Positions 36,403 to 46,630 of a stretch of DNA of 64,000 nucleotides are shown here, one piece after another (the stretch's first letter is position 1; the number at the start of each line of letters is the position of its first letter). A model generated the notes under the pieces. That model was given only the letters and a program-made list of their open reading frames with translations. It had not been told where the DNA came from and did not search any database. The translations under genes and the position numbers were made by a program. The stretch is from a virus: the UHGV virus genome UHGV-1421865; one strand, written 5' to 3'.

Positions 36403-37924
36403 AAATAAATTGTTTTAGGTCGCCGGTTTCGTAGTCGTAAGTGAACTTCATACCTTTAATATAATACAATCCGGAACGAGAAATATCGGGCAATGGGATG
36501 TCTGTGTCTTTAATAGCGTTATTAAGGTCTACTTCGCTGTCGTCGGAGGGTTCTTGTTTATCTGGTTCTACCTTTGGATTCTCTTCGGCGTCTGTGGTTA
36601 AATTAGACGCGTTATGAACGATTTGACGTTTCTTTTCTAAGTCGTATTCGTAAAACATTATATTAACAAGTGTACCGCGTTGTATACCGAAATTGACCGT
36701 ACCCATTTCTAATTCCAGTAGTTCTTTATTCATTTTAGAGAAATAGGAATCGCGAATGGTCTTCAGTCGTTCCATATCCCGTTCTCCTTGTTGTATACTC
36801 ACCACAGGTCGGCTTTGAATATCGTAGTACGACGATAGTTTCTGTTCGTCGACGGAATTAGGACGCTGTGTTATATCTAATAACTTAAATGAATTATTCG
36901 CTTCGGGAGATTGACCGACTTGGTATAACGTCATTATTTGTGTCGAAACACCCTGTTCTGTAACATGACTCATATCCGTAATGGTACGATAGCCGATAAA
37001 CTGTAGGTCGGTAACGGCGCCTAAATTACGGTAATTAGTAAGTGTACGCATCACCTTCTTCATAGAACCTGTTTCTGTATGGTCGTCGTCGTTCTTTATA
37101 CCGACATTTGCGATAATATCATAAAATGTAGCATCGATACCTTCTCGTTCTATAACGGCCTTTGTATTTACCATTACGATATAGCCGTACAGGTCGATCC
37201 AATAGTCGAATATATTGTTCTCGTCGAGTATGGCATAATCTAAATTACGGTATAAGTCGTCTATATAAGATATATTATGTTGTAGTCGGGGCATTCTGTC
37301 TTGTTGTGTCCGACAACCTTCTGTCGATGCGAAGCCCAGTCCTGTCTTATTGGCTACCGTATGTAGGTATTCCCATGTATTAGGTCGCTTGTTCGGAGAG
37401 GGATTACAGTTATGTATCGATTTCTTATTTGTTTTAGAACAGCCGGTGTACGTTATAGTGGACAGTCCTGTATTATCGTAGAGTTTCTTACTGTACCATA
37501 CCGCATTGACCATTATATTGTCCTCCATATCGGTAGTCGACTCTATATAAAAGTTTAATACAAATTTCTTATAAGAACCGTCTTTAACCGGCGTCATTAC
37601 AAGTGTGAGTATATTAACATATCCCGGCACATTGGCGAACTTAATAGAACCGTTCGGGTCGGAGACAATCAACTGCAGTCTCGGAACGAGCCCGTCGTAG
37701 TGTAATGTCAACGACTTTATCTGGTAGTTTTCGAGCATCGCATTGTTATATAATACAAGAGGATAATATATAGCGTCTCGTTTTAATGCTTCTTTTTCGT
37801 GTTCTGTATCTAAATTACGAACAAGACCGGTCGGAATATCCGTAGGATCGTGATGTACAACGGGGTCTGTCGGGTTACGATCACTTTCCGGTTCGTGTAG
37901 TTTTACTTCTTCTGTTACAGCCAT
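36332..37924 (-). CDS. hypothetical protein (530 aa)
   Basis: Long ORF with no recognised motif. May be structural. Confidence 0.5.
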   Translation of the reverse strand: MAVTEEVKLHEPESDRNPTDPVVHHDPTDIPTGLVRNLDTEHEKEALKRDAIYYPLVLYNNAMLENYQIKSLTLHYDGLVPRLQLIVSDPNGSIKFANVPGYVNILTLVMTPVKDGSYKKFVLNFYIESTTDMEDNIMVNAVWYSKKLYDNTGLSTITYTGCSKTNKKSIHNCNPSPNKRPNTWEYLHTVANKTGLGFASTEGCRTQQDRMPRLQHNISYIDDLYRNLDYAILDENNIFDYWIDLYGYIVMVNTKAVIEREGIDATFYDIIANVGIKNDDDHTETGSMKKVMRTLTNYRNLGAVTDLQFIGYRTITDMSHVTEQGVSTQIMTLYQVGQSPEANNSFKLLDITQRPNSVDEQKLSSYYDIQSRPVVSIQQGERDMERLKTIRDSYFSKMNKELLELEMGTVNFGIQRGTLVNIMFYEYDLEKKRQIVHNASNLTTDAEENPKVEPDKQEPSDDSEVDLNNAIKDTDIPLPDISRSGLYYIKGMKFTYDYETGDLKQFIYVIKRGQSTKYNNQRTIPRFDAK

Positions 37925-38022
37925 ATTTTATTGAATAGCTTTATATAAGAAAAATCATGTTACTGTGTGATTTATTTTCGTTTTTCGTCCTATAATAAAG
38001 ATATACATTAAACTAACAAAAT

Positions 38023-39066
38023 ATGATTAACAAACAATTGTACGTCGGCATCTCGGGGCTTGCCGGTTCGGGTAAAGACACTGTCGGTCACATGCTTGTT
38101 TATATTCTAAATAACATGAACAAGCCGATGAACGAGGTAAAACGAAAGTTCTTTAACGCCTATTCCGAAGAGACACGAAACATTACACGTCACCCACGAA
38201 ACAGTAAGGTCTACTCTGTAGCATTCGCAGACACATTAAAAAACATTTGCGCCAGTTTGTTCGGAATACCCATTGACTATTTTTATAACCATAAAGACGA
38301 CGGGTATGTAAATATCTCCGGTTCGTTCGAATACACTACTGACCTTTCCGGCACCGAAGATGCAGAAATTGTGTCAGCACGTGGGTACGATGTAGTTGTC
38401 CGTTCTGACGACAGATATAATCCCAATTACTGGATGTCTTTTCGAGAACTACTGGTATATATCGGGACGTATATTTCTCAAGAGCGAATCAACTATAATA
38501 CTTACGTTAATAACGTTAGAAATAGCTTAAAAAACAATATAGACGAAGGTACGGAATATGTACTGTTCACCGATGTTCGTTTCGACCATGAGATTGATTT
38601 TGTTCGTCGACAAAATTGCGGTGTTACTATATATGTACAACGTCACCTGTCGGCCGCTATCGACACACGTGGTATGAACGAAGGTGAGATAAAAGCCGCC
38701 GATGTTATTATTTCCGAAGACTATGCCGACTACGACTTTGTTGTGGACAATTTCGGTACAATGGAAGACTTATTTGAACAGGTTTACGACTTAGTACATT
38801 CAGAAACTGTCTTTAAGAACGAAACTATCGAACTATCTGAGGATATGTATCTTCGAATGACAGACGAAGATACCTACGACTTTGTTTTTGATAGAGGCTC
38901 GCTGATAGCGCCGTACAACAACCTGAACGACTACGATGAGGCTACATTCTTCAGCGTAAAAAATAGTGTCATCAGAGTAGGTGAGACGGTACAAACAAAA
39001 ACAGGACCTGCGAAGGTAGAACGGTTGTATTATACGGATAACAAATATAAAGTAGATTTAGAATGA
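38023..39066 (+). CDS. deoxynucleoside monophosphate kinase (T4 gp1-like) with ~100-aa C-terminal extension
   Basis: 'LYVGISGLAGSGKDTVGHML' resembles the T4 gp1 P-loop 'FLSGVKRSGKDTTADFI'. 'YVLFTDVRFDHEIDFVRRQNCGVTIYVQR' resembles 'YYIVPDTRQDHEMDAARAMGATVIHVVRP' (recalled T4 sequence). Confidence 0.65.
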   Translation: MINKQLYVGISGLAGSGKDTVGHMLVYILNNMNKPMNEVKRKFFNAYSEETRNITRHPRNSKVYSVAFADTLKNICASLFGIPIDYFYNHKDDGYVNISGSFEYTTDLSGTEDAEIVSARGYDVVVRSDDRYNPNYWMSFRELLVYIGTYISQERINYNTYVNNVRNSLKNNIDEGTEYVLFTDVRFDHEIDFVRRQNCGVTIYVQRHLSAAIDTRGMNEGEIKAADVIISEDYADYDFVVDNFGTMEDLFEQVYDLVHSETVFKNETIELSEDMYLRMTDEDTYDFVFDRGSLIAPYNNLNDYDEATFFSVKNSVIRVGETVQTKTGPAKVERLYYTDNKYKVDLE

Positions 39067-39392
39067 TAAGCTTATCGGAAATTTCATTACTTGTGATGAA
39101 CAAAATCGACGGTACAGATAAGTCTATTATATTGGGCAATACGATATACTCTGCTAATTATATCTGTAACCAAATAGAAATGTTCTTGTCCGGAACACCG
39201 GTGATGTCTACTCACTATTTAATGTTAATACAGAAAATGTGCACGTTCTGTGTTAGTGATAAGATGAAAGATTACAGTACAGAACAAGACGGTACCGTAG
39301 AAGTAAAACGAGGCCTGTTGTATAACAGGTTATCACCACAGGAAATAGAGGTTATTCAGAATAAGATAGCCGCAAACAAAATTACGTTATAA
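39063..39392 (+). CDS. hypothetical protein
   Basis: 109-aa ORF, 4-nt overlap with upstream gene. Confidence 0.4.
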   Translation: MISLSEISLLVMNKIDGTDKSIILGNTIYSANYICNQIEMFLSGTPVMSTHYLMLIQKMCTFCVSDKMKDYSTEQDGTVEVKRGLLYNRLSPQEIEVIQNKIAANKITL

Positions 39393-39393
39393 T

Positions 39394-39792
39394 ATGACTT
39401 ATAAATTTGTAAATTGTACCGACATCGAAGAGTTGGTATTGGGTAAAGTAGAATATAGTAAAGCGACTACCAAGCAAAGCATGGAAGAGTTCATTAAGTC
39501 GACAATGAAACTGGATAAGATATATTGTAGACTAACTGGTACAGAAGAAGGCGAACCAGACACTGTTAGTATCGCATTCGGTACAACAAAAACACCGGAG
39601 ATAACCTTTGTATGGTGGTCTGGTGATGTGTCTCTGGAAGACTACAAGAATGATATAGTGTCTTATATAGAAGAACCGATTGAAATTCCGCAGCCCGACC
39701 TTATAGAATATACGATGGAAATTCAGAGCGGCGACAGAGAACTGCTTACGTTCGTTACCGATTCTACAGCCAATGTTTCTTATATCTTGTAA
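39394..39792 (+). CDS. hypothetical protein
   Basis: 132-aa ORF. Confidence 0.4.
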   Translation: MTYKFVNCTDIEELVLGKVEYSKATTKQSMEEFIKSTMKLDKIYCRLTGTEEGEPDTVSIAFGTTKTPEITFVWWSGDVSLEDYKNDIVSYIEEPIEIPQPDLIEYTMEIQSGDRELLTFVTDSTANVSYIL

Positions 39793-39985
39793 TCTAGTAC
39801 AGTCTACTTTGGTCAACTGGTATAGTCTGCCAGTTTGTTCAAAGTAGACTACCGATTTTAGATTACCTACAATGACCAACCAGTACGGTCTATGTTAGTC
39901 TAATTTAGATAGATTATTCCGTTGTCTACAACGTTCGAATCAGCTATGCTGATTATTATGTATATAAACAATTTATAAGAAATAA

Positions 39986-41251
39986 ATGATTAAGGTTTTA
40001 GAACAACTTGGCTTTAGTGACATCGTCGACGGTGCCGAGCCACTGAGCGAAGCCGGTAAGGAGCTAATCCGTAACTACCGTAGCTTCCTCTTTAACAACG
40101 ACGCAACATGTAATGTTGTTAATCAGTTCGTTTCCGAAGCGTCGAAGTATGCTTACGACCCCGGTGTCGCACAGACTCTGGAGAAGGTAACAGACTATCT
40201 TTCGGAGAATCGTATCTCGTGGCAGTTGGCGAGTGCATGTGAGAATTTCAACACACAAAACAACGCATTCGGTTATGTTGCGAAGACGGGTATAGAGAAG
40301 GTTCGTACACTTCTCGAAATGGGAGAATACGATGTTATCTCTTATATTAAGAGCGGGGCGTTGAAGGGTGTCCAGTACATTCCTGAATTTCGTAGTATCT
40401 GTCGTCAAGTGATCAATGAACAGGTCGCCGAAAAGAATTGTTACAACTATTCCCTCAGTCACCCTGTATCGTACGTCATCACCAATGAGTCAGGTGACAT
40501 CTTTTTCCAAGTAAATCATAATAATTATAAGATTTGTGAAGGTCGTGTAGAAAAGATTGGTCATATTGACAACGAAACGTACAACTATATCAATGCTATT
40601 ATCGAAAACTTCAAGCGTGAAGGTAATACGTTGGTCTACGAGTACAAGAACAGTTTCGGTGAACAGGTACGGTACGAAATCCTCGACGAGTCAATCACCA
40701 TTACGAAAGGACTCAAAAAGTCACAAACTTTCGAAAGCCGTGTCGATATGATGGAATTCGTTAATATGTTGTCTAAGACAATGCCGACGAACGAAAAGCT
40801 CGATTTCTTGAATAAGGCCGCCGCCGTAGCGACGGTGTTTGAGAATTCTGCAAATATCGCTGTCCTCGACAATGTTCGTGTTATCCAAACGCAACAAGGT
40901 TTCGCCGGTGCCATTATCGAAGGTGCCGACAATGTTAACTTGACGGTATATCGTTCTAAGGCGGGTAAGGCATCGAAGAACTTTGACTTTATCATTGAAG
41001 CTATCCAAGAAGTCACCTCGCTGAGTGGTGTCGACCTCACCTACGAGTACAATAAACGAATCTCCGAAGACTGTGCTAAGCAAAATGATACAGAGGCACA
41101 ACAGATGTACGAACAAGTAGCGGCTACAAAGAAAGCCGAAATGGACGTTCGTAAGAAGAAGATTGCGATGTTGGCAGAGTCTTATAAGAACGACCCCGTT
41201 AAATTGGCGTTGCTCAATAGCATTTCTCGCGACATCAAAGCATTAGAATAA
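39986..41251 (+). CDS. hypothetical protein (421 aa)
   Basis: Long ORF. A terminator follows it. Confidence 0.5.
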   Translation: MIKVLEQLGFSDIVDGAEPLSEAGKELIRNYRSFLFNNDATCNVVNQFVSEASKYAYDPGVAQTLEKVTDYLSENRISWQLASACENFNTQNNAFGYVAKTGIEKVRTLLEMGEYDVISYIKSGALKGVQYIPEFRSICRQVINEQVAEKNCYNYSLSHPVSYVITNESGDIFFQVNHNNYKICEGRVEKIGHIDNETYNYINAIIENFKREGNTLVYEYKNSFGEQVRYEILDESITITKGLKKSQTFESRVDMMEFVNMLSKTMPTNEKLDFLNKAAAVATVFENSANIAVLDNVRVIQTQQGFAGAIIEGADNVNLTVYRSKAGKASKNFDFIIEAIQEVTSLSGVDLTYEYNKRISEDCAKQNDTEAQQMYEQVAATKKAEMDVRKKKIAMLAESYKNDPVKLALLNSISRDIKALE

Positions 41252-41285
41252 GATTTTGCGATTCATATTTTGTTTTATATAATCG

Positions 41286-41319
41286 GAGACTGTACAGTTA
41301 CTTGTACAGTCTCTTTTTT
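41286..41319 (+). terminator. rho-independent terminator
   Basis: gagactgtacag-ttact-tgtacagtctc (11-12 bp stem) followed by TTTTTT. Confidence 0.7.
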
Positions 41320-41341
41320 GTAGTATTTTAGTGTGATTTCT

Positions 41342-41488
41342 ACAGTTTCCGTTTCGCGCACTGGTATGTTGAATCCTAACATCGTCATAAAGGCACTTTT
41401 AAGGCCCTCTAACGCACTCAAATGCACTGACCTTATACATACTAAGGTCAAAGAAAAATCGTGCGTTATAGAGCAAATTTTCTAAGGT
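41342..41488 (+). repeat. nested-palindromic repeat, copy G (full)
   Basis: agtttccgtttcgcgcactggta…acatcgtcataaaggcacttttaag + ccctctaacgcac…gaccttatacatactaaggtc…gtgcgttatagag. Track ORF 41461..41658 is probably spurious. Confidence 0.7.
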
Positions 41489-41640
41489 TTTCACAAGTAC
41501 GTCAAAATACGAAAAAGACGCACCCTATTCGCATAGAGTACGTCTATATAGATCTACAAAAGTTTTCAAGTTCAACTATATATTATATTGTTATTTTGCA
41601 AGTTGTTAAATTTGAAAACTCTCACGTCTTAATTTGTGTC

Positions 41641-41979
41641 TCAATTTATAAAAAGTAGTTTAATTAGGTCTAGTCCGATAGTTCTGATATTCTCTTCTGT
41701 GATTCTATCCATAGCGTCCATGAGATATTCGTTGAACTCCGATACAGTCATCCGTTTCAGTACTTTGTCATTTGCATTATAAGCATCTGGATAGTATATC
41801 CAAGAATAGTCGTCACGGATACCTTCTTTTACGTCGTCAAAAAACTCGTAATCATAATTGTCTATCATATATTTTATAATAGACTTGTACGTCTTACTGT
41901 CCATACCTTCCAGTTCTCTGTTGTATGTCTTGTCCATCCAAACAATATGGTCGACGTATACTTTTAATTTCTGTTTCAT
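41641..41979 (-). CDS. hypothetical protein
   Basis: 112-aa ORF. Confidence 0.4.
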   Translation of the reverse strand: MKQKLKVYVDHIVWMDKTYNRELEGMDSKTYKSIIKYMIDNYDYEFFDDVKEGIRDDYSWIYYPDAYNANDKVLKRMTVSEFNEYLMDAMDRITEENIRTIGLDLIKLLFIN

Positions 41980-42033
41980 ATACTATATAGTACGTGTTAT
42001 ATACACAAATCAATTCAGATTGAGCCTAATTTC

Positions 42034-42200
42034 GACGGTTTCTGTTTTGCGTACTGGTAGACACAAACCTATTTGACCTCATTACCTCGGTAACGTCCTC
42101 ATAAAGGCACTTTAGAACTCCTCTGTCGCGTCCAAATACACTGACCTTGGTACTATCAAGGCTAGAAGATTTTAACGCGATACAGGCGAGATTTTCTTTG
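42034..42200 (+). repeat. nested-palindromic repeat, copy H (full)
   Basis: gacggtttctgttttgcgtactggta…acgtcctcataaaggcactttag + ctctgtcgcgtcc…gaccttggtactatcaaggct…acgcgatacagg. Confidence 0.7.
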
Positions 42201-42210
42201 GTTTTACAAC

Positions 42211-42681
42211 TCAACGCAGCTGTAATCGGAATTCGATTGGCATACAGTCGCAACCGTCGAAGGTAACCCAACTTATATGTTTTGCACAAGGCTTCCACTC
42301 ACTCAGATCACATTTTAATTTCGAACAGCCGTGGAACGCAAAATCAAGATTTTCTACATTTCTAACATCCCAATTGGATAAGTCACAGTTGAAGTGCATT
42401 TGACCGGAAAACATTCTATACATGTTTGTTACGTTGCTAACGTCCCACTGGTCGATTTTGATGTCTCTAATATAGAACACAACACTATCACCGACATAGA
42501 CTTTATGGTAAGACCTCCTGAACAAATACGACATGTCAGTAATTTTCGACGTGTCAATGAAGTTCAAATCAGCATCCGGACCTTGACGTTTTATTTCTTG
42601 TTCTATAATAGATCTGAGTTCGTCTTTCGACGTCGGTTGTATGCTGAGACTTTTACTATTTGATGTGATATGTAGTACCAT
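42211..42681 (-). CDS. DUF285-repeat paralog family member (short)
   Basis: 'MVLHITSNSKSLSIQPTSKDELRSIIEQEIKRQGPDADLNFIDTSKITDMSYLF'. ~3 repeats. Confidence 0.65.
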   Translation of the reverse strand: MVLHITSNSKSLSIQPTSKDELRSIIEQEIKRQGPDADLNFIDTSKITDMSYLFRRSYHKVYVGDSVVFYIRDIKIDQWDVSNVTNMYRMFSGQMHFNCDLSNWDVRNVENLDFAFHGCSKLKCDLSEWKPCAKHISWVTFDGCDCMPIEFRLQLR

Positions 42682-42682
42682 A

Positions 42683-43138
42683 TCATTTTGACATTGATAG
42701 ATAAAACGTTTCGAGTTCAGTCATGAACTGCTTATTGAACTCACCAAATTCTCGCATGTTTGTTATGAGATCTACTACATCTTCATCATCACCTTTAATG
42801 TTAAATAATTTGATGTAGTCAATGTAGTTGTCAAATGCAATAGATATATTAAACAAACAATCAACTATCTCTTTATCAATTTGTGATTCATGTAGATTGT
42901 AGTTGTACCGACCAACATTATTTGTCTCTAGTTTATAGAGACCGTCCCAGTTATTCTCTAATTCATGATATAGTAGATTAAGGTAACATGTTTCGTCTTG
43001 GTCTGTTTCGACATATATTACATCATAAACTTGTGAGTAACCACAGTGGACTCTACAAATGGTACGAATATCTGATATGTATGATTTAATTTTACGAAGA
43101 TACTCAACTACCGTCTTTGGAAATGCTGAATTATTCAT
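42683..43138 (-). CDS. hypothetical protein
   Basis: 151-aa ORF. Confidence 0.4.
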   Translation of the reverse strand: MNNSAFPKTVVEYLRKIKSYISDIRTICRVHCGYSQVYDVIYVETDQDETCYLNLLYHELENNWDGLYKLETNNVGRYNYNLHESQIDKEIVDCLFNISIAFDNYIDYIKLFNIKGDDEDVVDLITNMREFGEFNKQFMTELETFYLSMSK

Positions 43139-43373
43139 TTTCTGCCAATTTAGTTTCTAGTTCACGAACTCGTTTTTCTAACACCTGTACCAGTTCAGTA
43201 AGTTCTAGAGTATAAGATACAAGAGTATCTACTGATTCATTGTAATCCTCATTGTCTTGATTCTGACAAGTACAAAACTTCCACAATGATGTTTTTAGTT
43301 CCAATATCTTCTTAACAAGCAACTTATTCATATCTTTATTGGTTTGATTTGTATATGTATATATAGCACACAT
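43131..43373 (-). CDS. hypothetical small protein
   Basis: 80-aa ORF. Coiled-coil-like C-terminus 'LELTELVQVLEKRVRELETKLAENE'. Confidence 0.35.
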   Translation of the reverse strand: MCAIYTYTNQTNKDMNKLLVKKILELKTSLWKFCTCQNQDNEDYNESVDTLVSYTLELTELVQVLEKRVRELETKLAENE

Positions 43374-43462
43374 TGTGTGGTGAATCAGCGAGGTTTACGA
43401 ACAAAATCAGCAACAATATAGATATAAATAAAAACGACCATGAAATTAATCACAGTCGTTAT

Positions 43463-43518
43463 AATGTCAATAAATCGACATCGTTGATTCAATGTCAATA
43501 AATCGACATCGTTGATTC
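43463..43518. repeat. 28-bp perfect tandem direct repeat x2 (iteron/operator-like) upstream of the 43131..43373 gene
   Basis: 'aatgtcaataaatcgacatcgttgattc' occurs twice back-to-back. Each unit contains the near-palindrome atcgacatcgttgat. Confidence 0.75.
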
Positions 43519-43526
43519 AATATATT

Positions 43527-44027
43527 TTATAAAGCCTCCATAAGTGACTTTGTTAACTCGTATATAACCGTTGAGTCATCTCGAATATCATCAACTAAAT
43601 CTATCAGTTCATTTGCTGCACCAGAGCCAATCTCTATACCCGTAGTTACATTCTTCAAATCTTTCTTGCAAGCATCTTCTAGGCTACCATCAAATCCGAA
43701 AAATACTATGTTACGGTTACGAGGTTTTTCATCTAAAGAATAGTAAATACCTTCATAATCAAATTGTTTTGTATCGGTTTTTGATACAAACCCAATAAAA
43801 AGTTCTTTGCCTCGAACAGCAAGTATATAACCTGAATACTTGTCAAGTGCATACCAACCGGCAGCCGATGCCCTGCTAGAAAATCTAGCGGTGAGGGGCT
43901 TAGTAATGTGTTCATCAAAGTCAACGCGACGAGGCAACCTAGCTAAAAGAACCTTAGAAAGTTCATTTGCTTCATTAACCTGCTTGTCGTTCAATGCTTC
44001 TGAGAGCATCGTAACTAAAGTTTTCAT
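43527..44027 (-). CDS. hypothetical protein
   Basis: 166-aa ORF. Confidence 0.4.
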   Translation of the reverse strand: MKTLVTMLSEALNDKQVNEANELSKVLLARLPRRVDFDEHITKPLTARFSSRASAAGWYALDKYSGYILAVRGKELFIGFVSKTDTKQFDYEGIYYSLDEKPRNRNIVFFGFDGSLEDACKKDLKNVTTGIEIGSGAANELIDLVDDIRDDSTVIYELTKSLMEAL

Positions 44028-44077
44028 ATTGTTTTTTTTGTGATCTTACGATCTAATAACCTATATATAAAAATCGT

Positions 44078-44368
44078 TTATATACTAAGTTCAAGATCAT
44101 AAACTAATTTATTGAGTGCTTCGACAGACTTATTGATCTGTTTCTTGAACTCTTTAACATCTTTATCCACCATTGCACTCATCGCTTTCTTATAACCTGA
44201 TATAACACTAACATAGTCCTTATGAGACGTTATTGTTTGTTTCGAGAACAGGTCGTAAGCGTCCAGTATGTATCGTTTTAGTATTTTAAGGTGGTCCTCC
44301 CAAAAGAACGGGTCTTTCTGAGGACTACCTTCAAATGACAAACAATATCTTTCTTCAAAAATTGGCAT
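44078..44368 (-). CDS. hypothetical protein
   Basis: 96-aa ORF. Confidence 0.35.
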   Translation of the reverse strand: MPIFEERYCLSFEGSPQKDPFFWEDHLKILKRYILDAYDLFSKQTITSHKDYVSVISGYKKAMSAMVDKDVKEFKKQINKSVEALNKLVYDLELSI

Positions 44369-44384
44369 CTTAAATTATAATCTA

Positions 44385-44663
44385 TTATTTCAAACTACCC
44401 ATAGAAGGCATCTTAAACGACGACATGGTATTGGTCATAGAATGCTGCATCTGCCGCATTTGTTTACTCATATCACCCATACCGGAACCAGATTCTTGCT
44501 CGTCGGCTCGTTTCTGTTCTTCGTCTTGGATTTCTTTGATGTCTTCTAACATGTATTCGTAATTAAAATACTCCATTTTGTCGATCTCCGACGGTTGGAT
44601 ATGGTAGTTCTTACAAATATATAGTTTATTTTTGACCAAATTTCTTAAATCGATGCTGTACAT
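44385..44663 (-). CDS. hypothetical protein
   Basis: 92-aa ORF. Confidence 0.35.
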   Translation of the reverse strand: MYSIDLRNLVKNKLYICKNYHIQPSEIDKMEYFNYEYMLEDIKEIQDEEQKRADEQESGSGMGDMSKQMRQMQHSMTNTMSSFKMPSMGSLK

Positions 44664-45699
44664 TGAATAGACTGCTGATGCTACCGGGAAATCGGATGTC
44701 AGAAGTCACCTCCTCACCACAGTATTCACAATTCTTTGTCAGTTTATTCGACGGGGTTACAATGATGTTCTTGAGTACAGAATCCATAAACGAGAACATA
44801 TCAACATCCCAACTCTTGAACTGAATGTGTGCATTCTTGATTTGGTTATCGGCCACTGTTGTGTCCTTGCTGATCTTAGGCAACATCCAATTAACAAACA
44901 TAAGGAACGACTTATCGAATTTGTAGTTCTTGTCTTGTTGGAGCTTAGAAATCATCCAAGCCTTCAGGTTAGCATCTTTCTCCAACGTCGGAATGAACAA
45001 CTGTACAGGGGGTTCATGGATGTCGTAATCAGCGGGGATAATGTACCACAGTCGCTGTGCTTGGTTGTACATGGGAAGAACATCGTCACCAGGGAAATCG
45101 TACATCAACGACGACGAATTAAGTTCGAAACGGACGTCTTCGTGTTCACAGTTAGGACAGTAACCGTCGTAAGCGATCTTTTGTTCACCGTTTACAAAGG
45201 TGTATTCTCGAATGAGGAGCAAGAAAAAGAATCTGTCCCACGATGCGATATTCCCCCAATGCTTAGGACCGGTCGGTGTTTTAATCGTCAAACAAGACTT
45301 CAAAATCTCGTTGAAGACGTCGTCGACATTACTTGTGTTCTCTTCGTCGATAGTACTCCAATTTCGAATAGCGTCGACTGTCGCTGGACGGATCATAAAT
45401 TCCCAGTCTTCGGGATAGTACAGTGCGCGTTCGCCGAGTAACGACTTGTCGACATAGATCCAGCCGTCGCGGACTTCTACATTTTTGTTGATATTATCGC
45501 CTACTTTCGAAAGTCCTACAGTAGCTGCAAGGTTCTTATCTGCTGCACGGTCTTCTTCAGTACGCCCTCTACTGTCGCGCGTAAGCTTTGTACCGATATA
45601 ACTACCGGCACTAGGCTGCTCTGGTTCCGATACTGTCTCAACTACGGTGTCATTAGCCCCGGACTCTAATGTAGCGTTAATAAGTTCATCTTCTGTCAT
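44626..45699 (-). CDS. hypothetical protein with two Cys pairs (possible Zn-ribbon)
   Basis: 'CPNCEHED' … 'CEYCGEE'. 357 aa. Confidence 0.45.
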   Translation of the reverse strand: MTEDELINATLESGANDTVVETVSEPEQPSAGSYIGTKLTRDSRGRTEEDRAADKNLAATVGLSKVGDNINKNVEVRDGWIYVDKSLLGERALYYPEDWEFMIRPATVDAIRNWSTIDEENTSNVDDVFNEILKSCLTIKTPTGPKHWGNIASWDRFFFLLLIREYTFVNGEQKIAYDGYCPNCEHEDVRFELNSSSLMYDFPGDDVLPMYNQAQRLWYIIPADYDIHEPPVQLFIPTLEKDANLKAWMISKLQQDKNYKFDKSFLMFVNWMLPKISKDTTVADNQIKNAHIQFKSWDVDMFSFMDSVLKNIIVTPSNKLTKNCEYCGEEVTSDIRFPGSISSLFNVQHRFKKFGQK

Positions 45700-45719
45700 A
45701 TATTAAGTTATTTCTCTTT

Positions 45720-46607
45720 TTATATCTTTTTTGACTTCATAATGCCCGTAAAGGTATCGAAGTCAATGTACGCACCGGCCGCCGAAGGATGCCCTCCACC
45801 ACCGTAGTGCCTCTTTAGATAATCACCACAATTAAAGTCTACAAACACATCGGGGTCCTTATAAACAGACATTTTTACACCGTCTGGACTAATGCCGTTA
45901 AAAACAACCCATAACTGCTCTCTATTTTTGACACTATCGAATACAGCGCTACCGATAGGTCCTACTATTGCCGACGCAGGCTTTCCGTCGACCTGTACTT
46001 CAAATGCCGACTTGACGAGTTTCTTATTTTCTTCCTGTTGGTGCCACCATAATAGATCACCCTCAGAATAAATAAGACTGTTTTTAACACCGTCGACTGC
46101 CATATTAAGTAACCAATCTAGTTCATCGACAAGTTTATCGATACCGCAGTTAAGGTATTTATATTTTAGACCCAACTGTACGACCTGTGTATCATGCCAT
46201 TCGTCGTATCCTACTTTACGGTGAATGTCCCAGTTACCGACATACTTTATAATAGCCGGTTCTTGTAGTGGAAATACACTAGACTGTTTATATAAATAAG
46301 CATAAACAAGTTCACATGCGGCATAGTTTTCATCTCTGATACCCAAGATGTCGTCGTAACCGTATTTCTTAGAATCTTCGATAGCCGTTCTGTGATGGTC
46401 TATCCATACCATCTTACCGGCGTATTTTTGCATCTGGTGTACAGGCAACGAGAAATCGACTAGATAGATAATACCTGCTGCGTCTAATACAGTGTCTTCA
46501 ATCGTCTCGTTGTAGTCGATACCGTACAGCGTTTCATCTTTATATATCGACTTTACAAGTGCACCGGAAAAATAACCGTCGAGATCTGCTTTATGATATA
46601 TAATCAT
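45720..46607 (-). CDS. DHH/DHHA1-family phosphoesterase (NrnA-like nanoRNase / pAp or cyclic-dinucleotide phosphodiesterase family)
   Basis: DHH motifs 'HKADLDG', 'IDHH' and DHHA1 'GGGGHPSAAGA'. 295 aa. Confidence 0.7.
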   Translation of the reverse strand: MIIYHKADLDGYFSGALVKSIYKDETLYGIDYNETIEDTVLDAAGIIYLVDFSLPVHQMQKYAGKMVWIDHHRTAIEDSKKYGYDDILGIRDENYAACELVYAYLYKQSSVFPLQEPAIIKYVGNWDIHRKVGYDEWHDTQVVQLGLKYKYLNCGIDKLVDELDWLLNMAVDGVKNSLIYSEGDLLWWHQQEENKKLVKSAFEVQVDGKPASAIVGPIGSAVFDSVKNREQLWVVFNGISPDGVKMSVYKDPDVFVDFNCGDYLKRHYGGGGHPSAAGAYIDFDTFTGIMKSKKI

Positions 46608-46630
46608 GTTTTATGTTTCTATATATAGGA

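Noticed and set aside
36332-37924. Assigning the 530-aa protein as the portal (T4 gp20 is of similar size)
   Set aside because: Size coincidence only. No recognisable portal motifs from sequence inspection, and the gene is separated from the head module by >15 kb.
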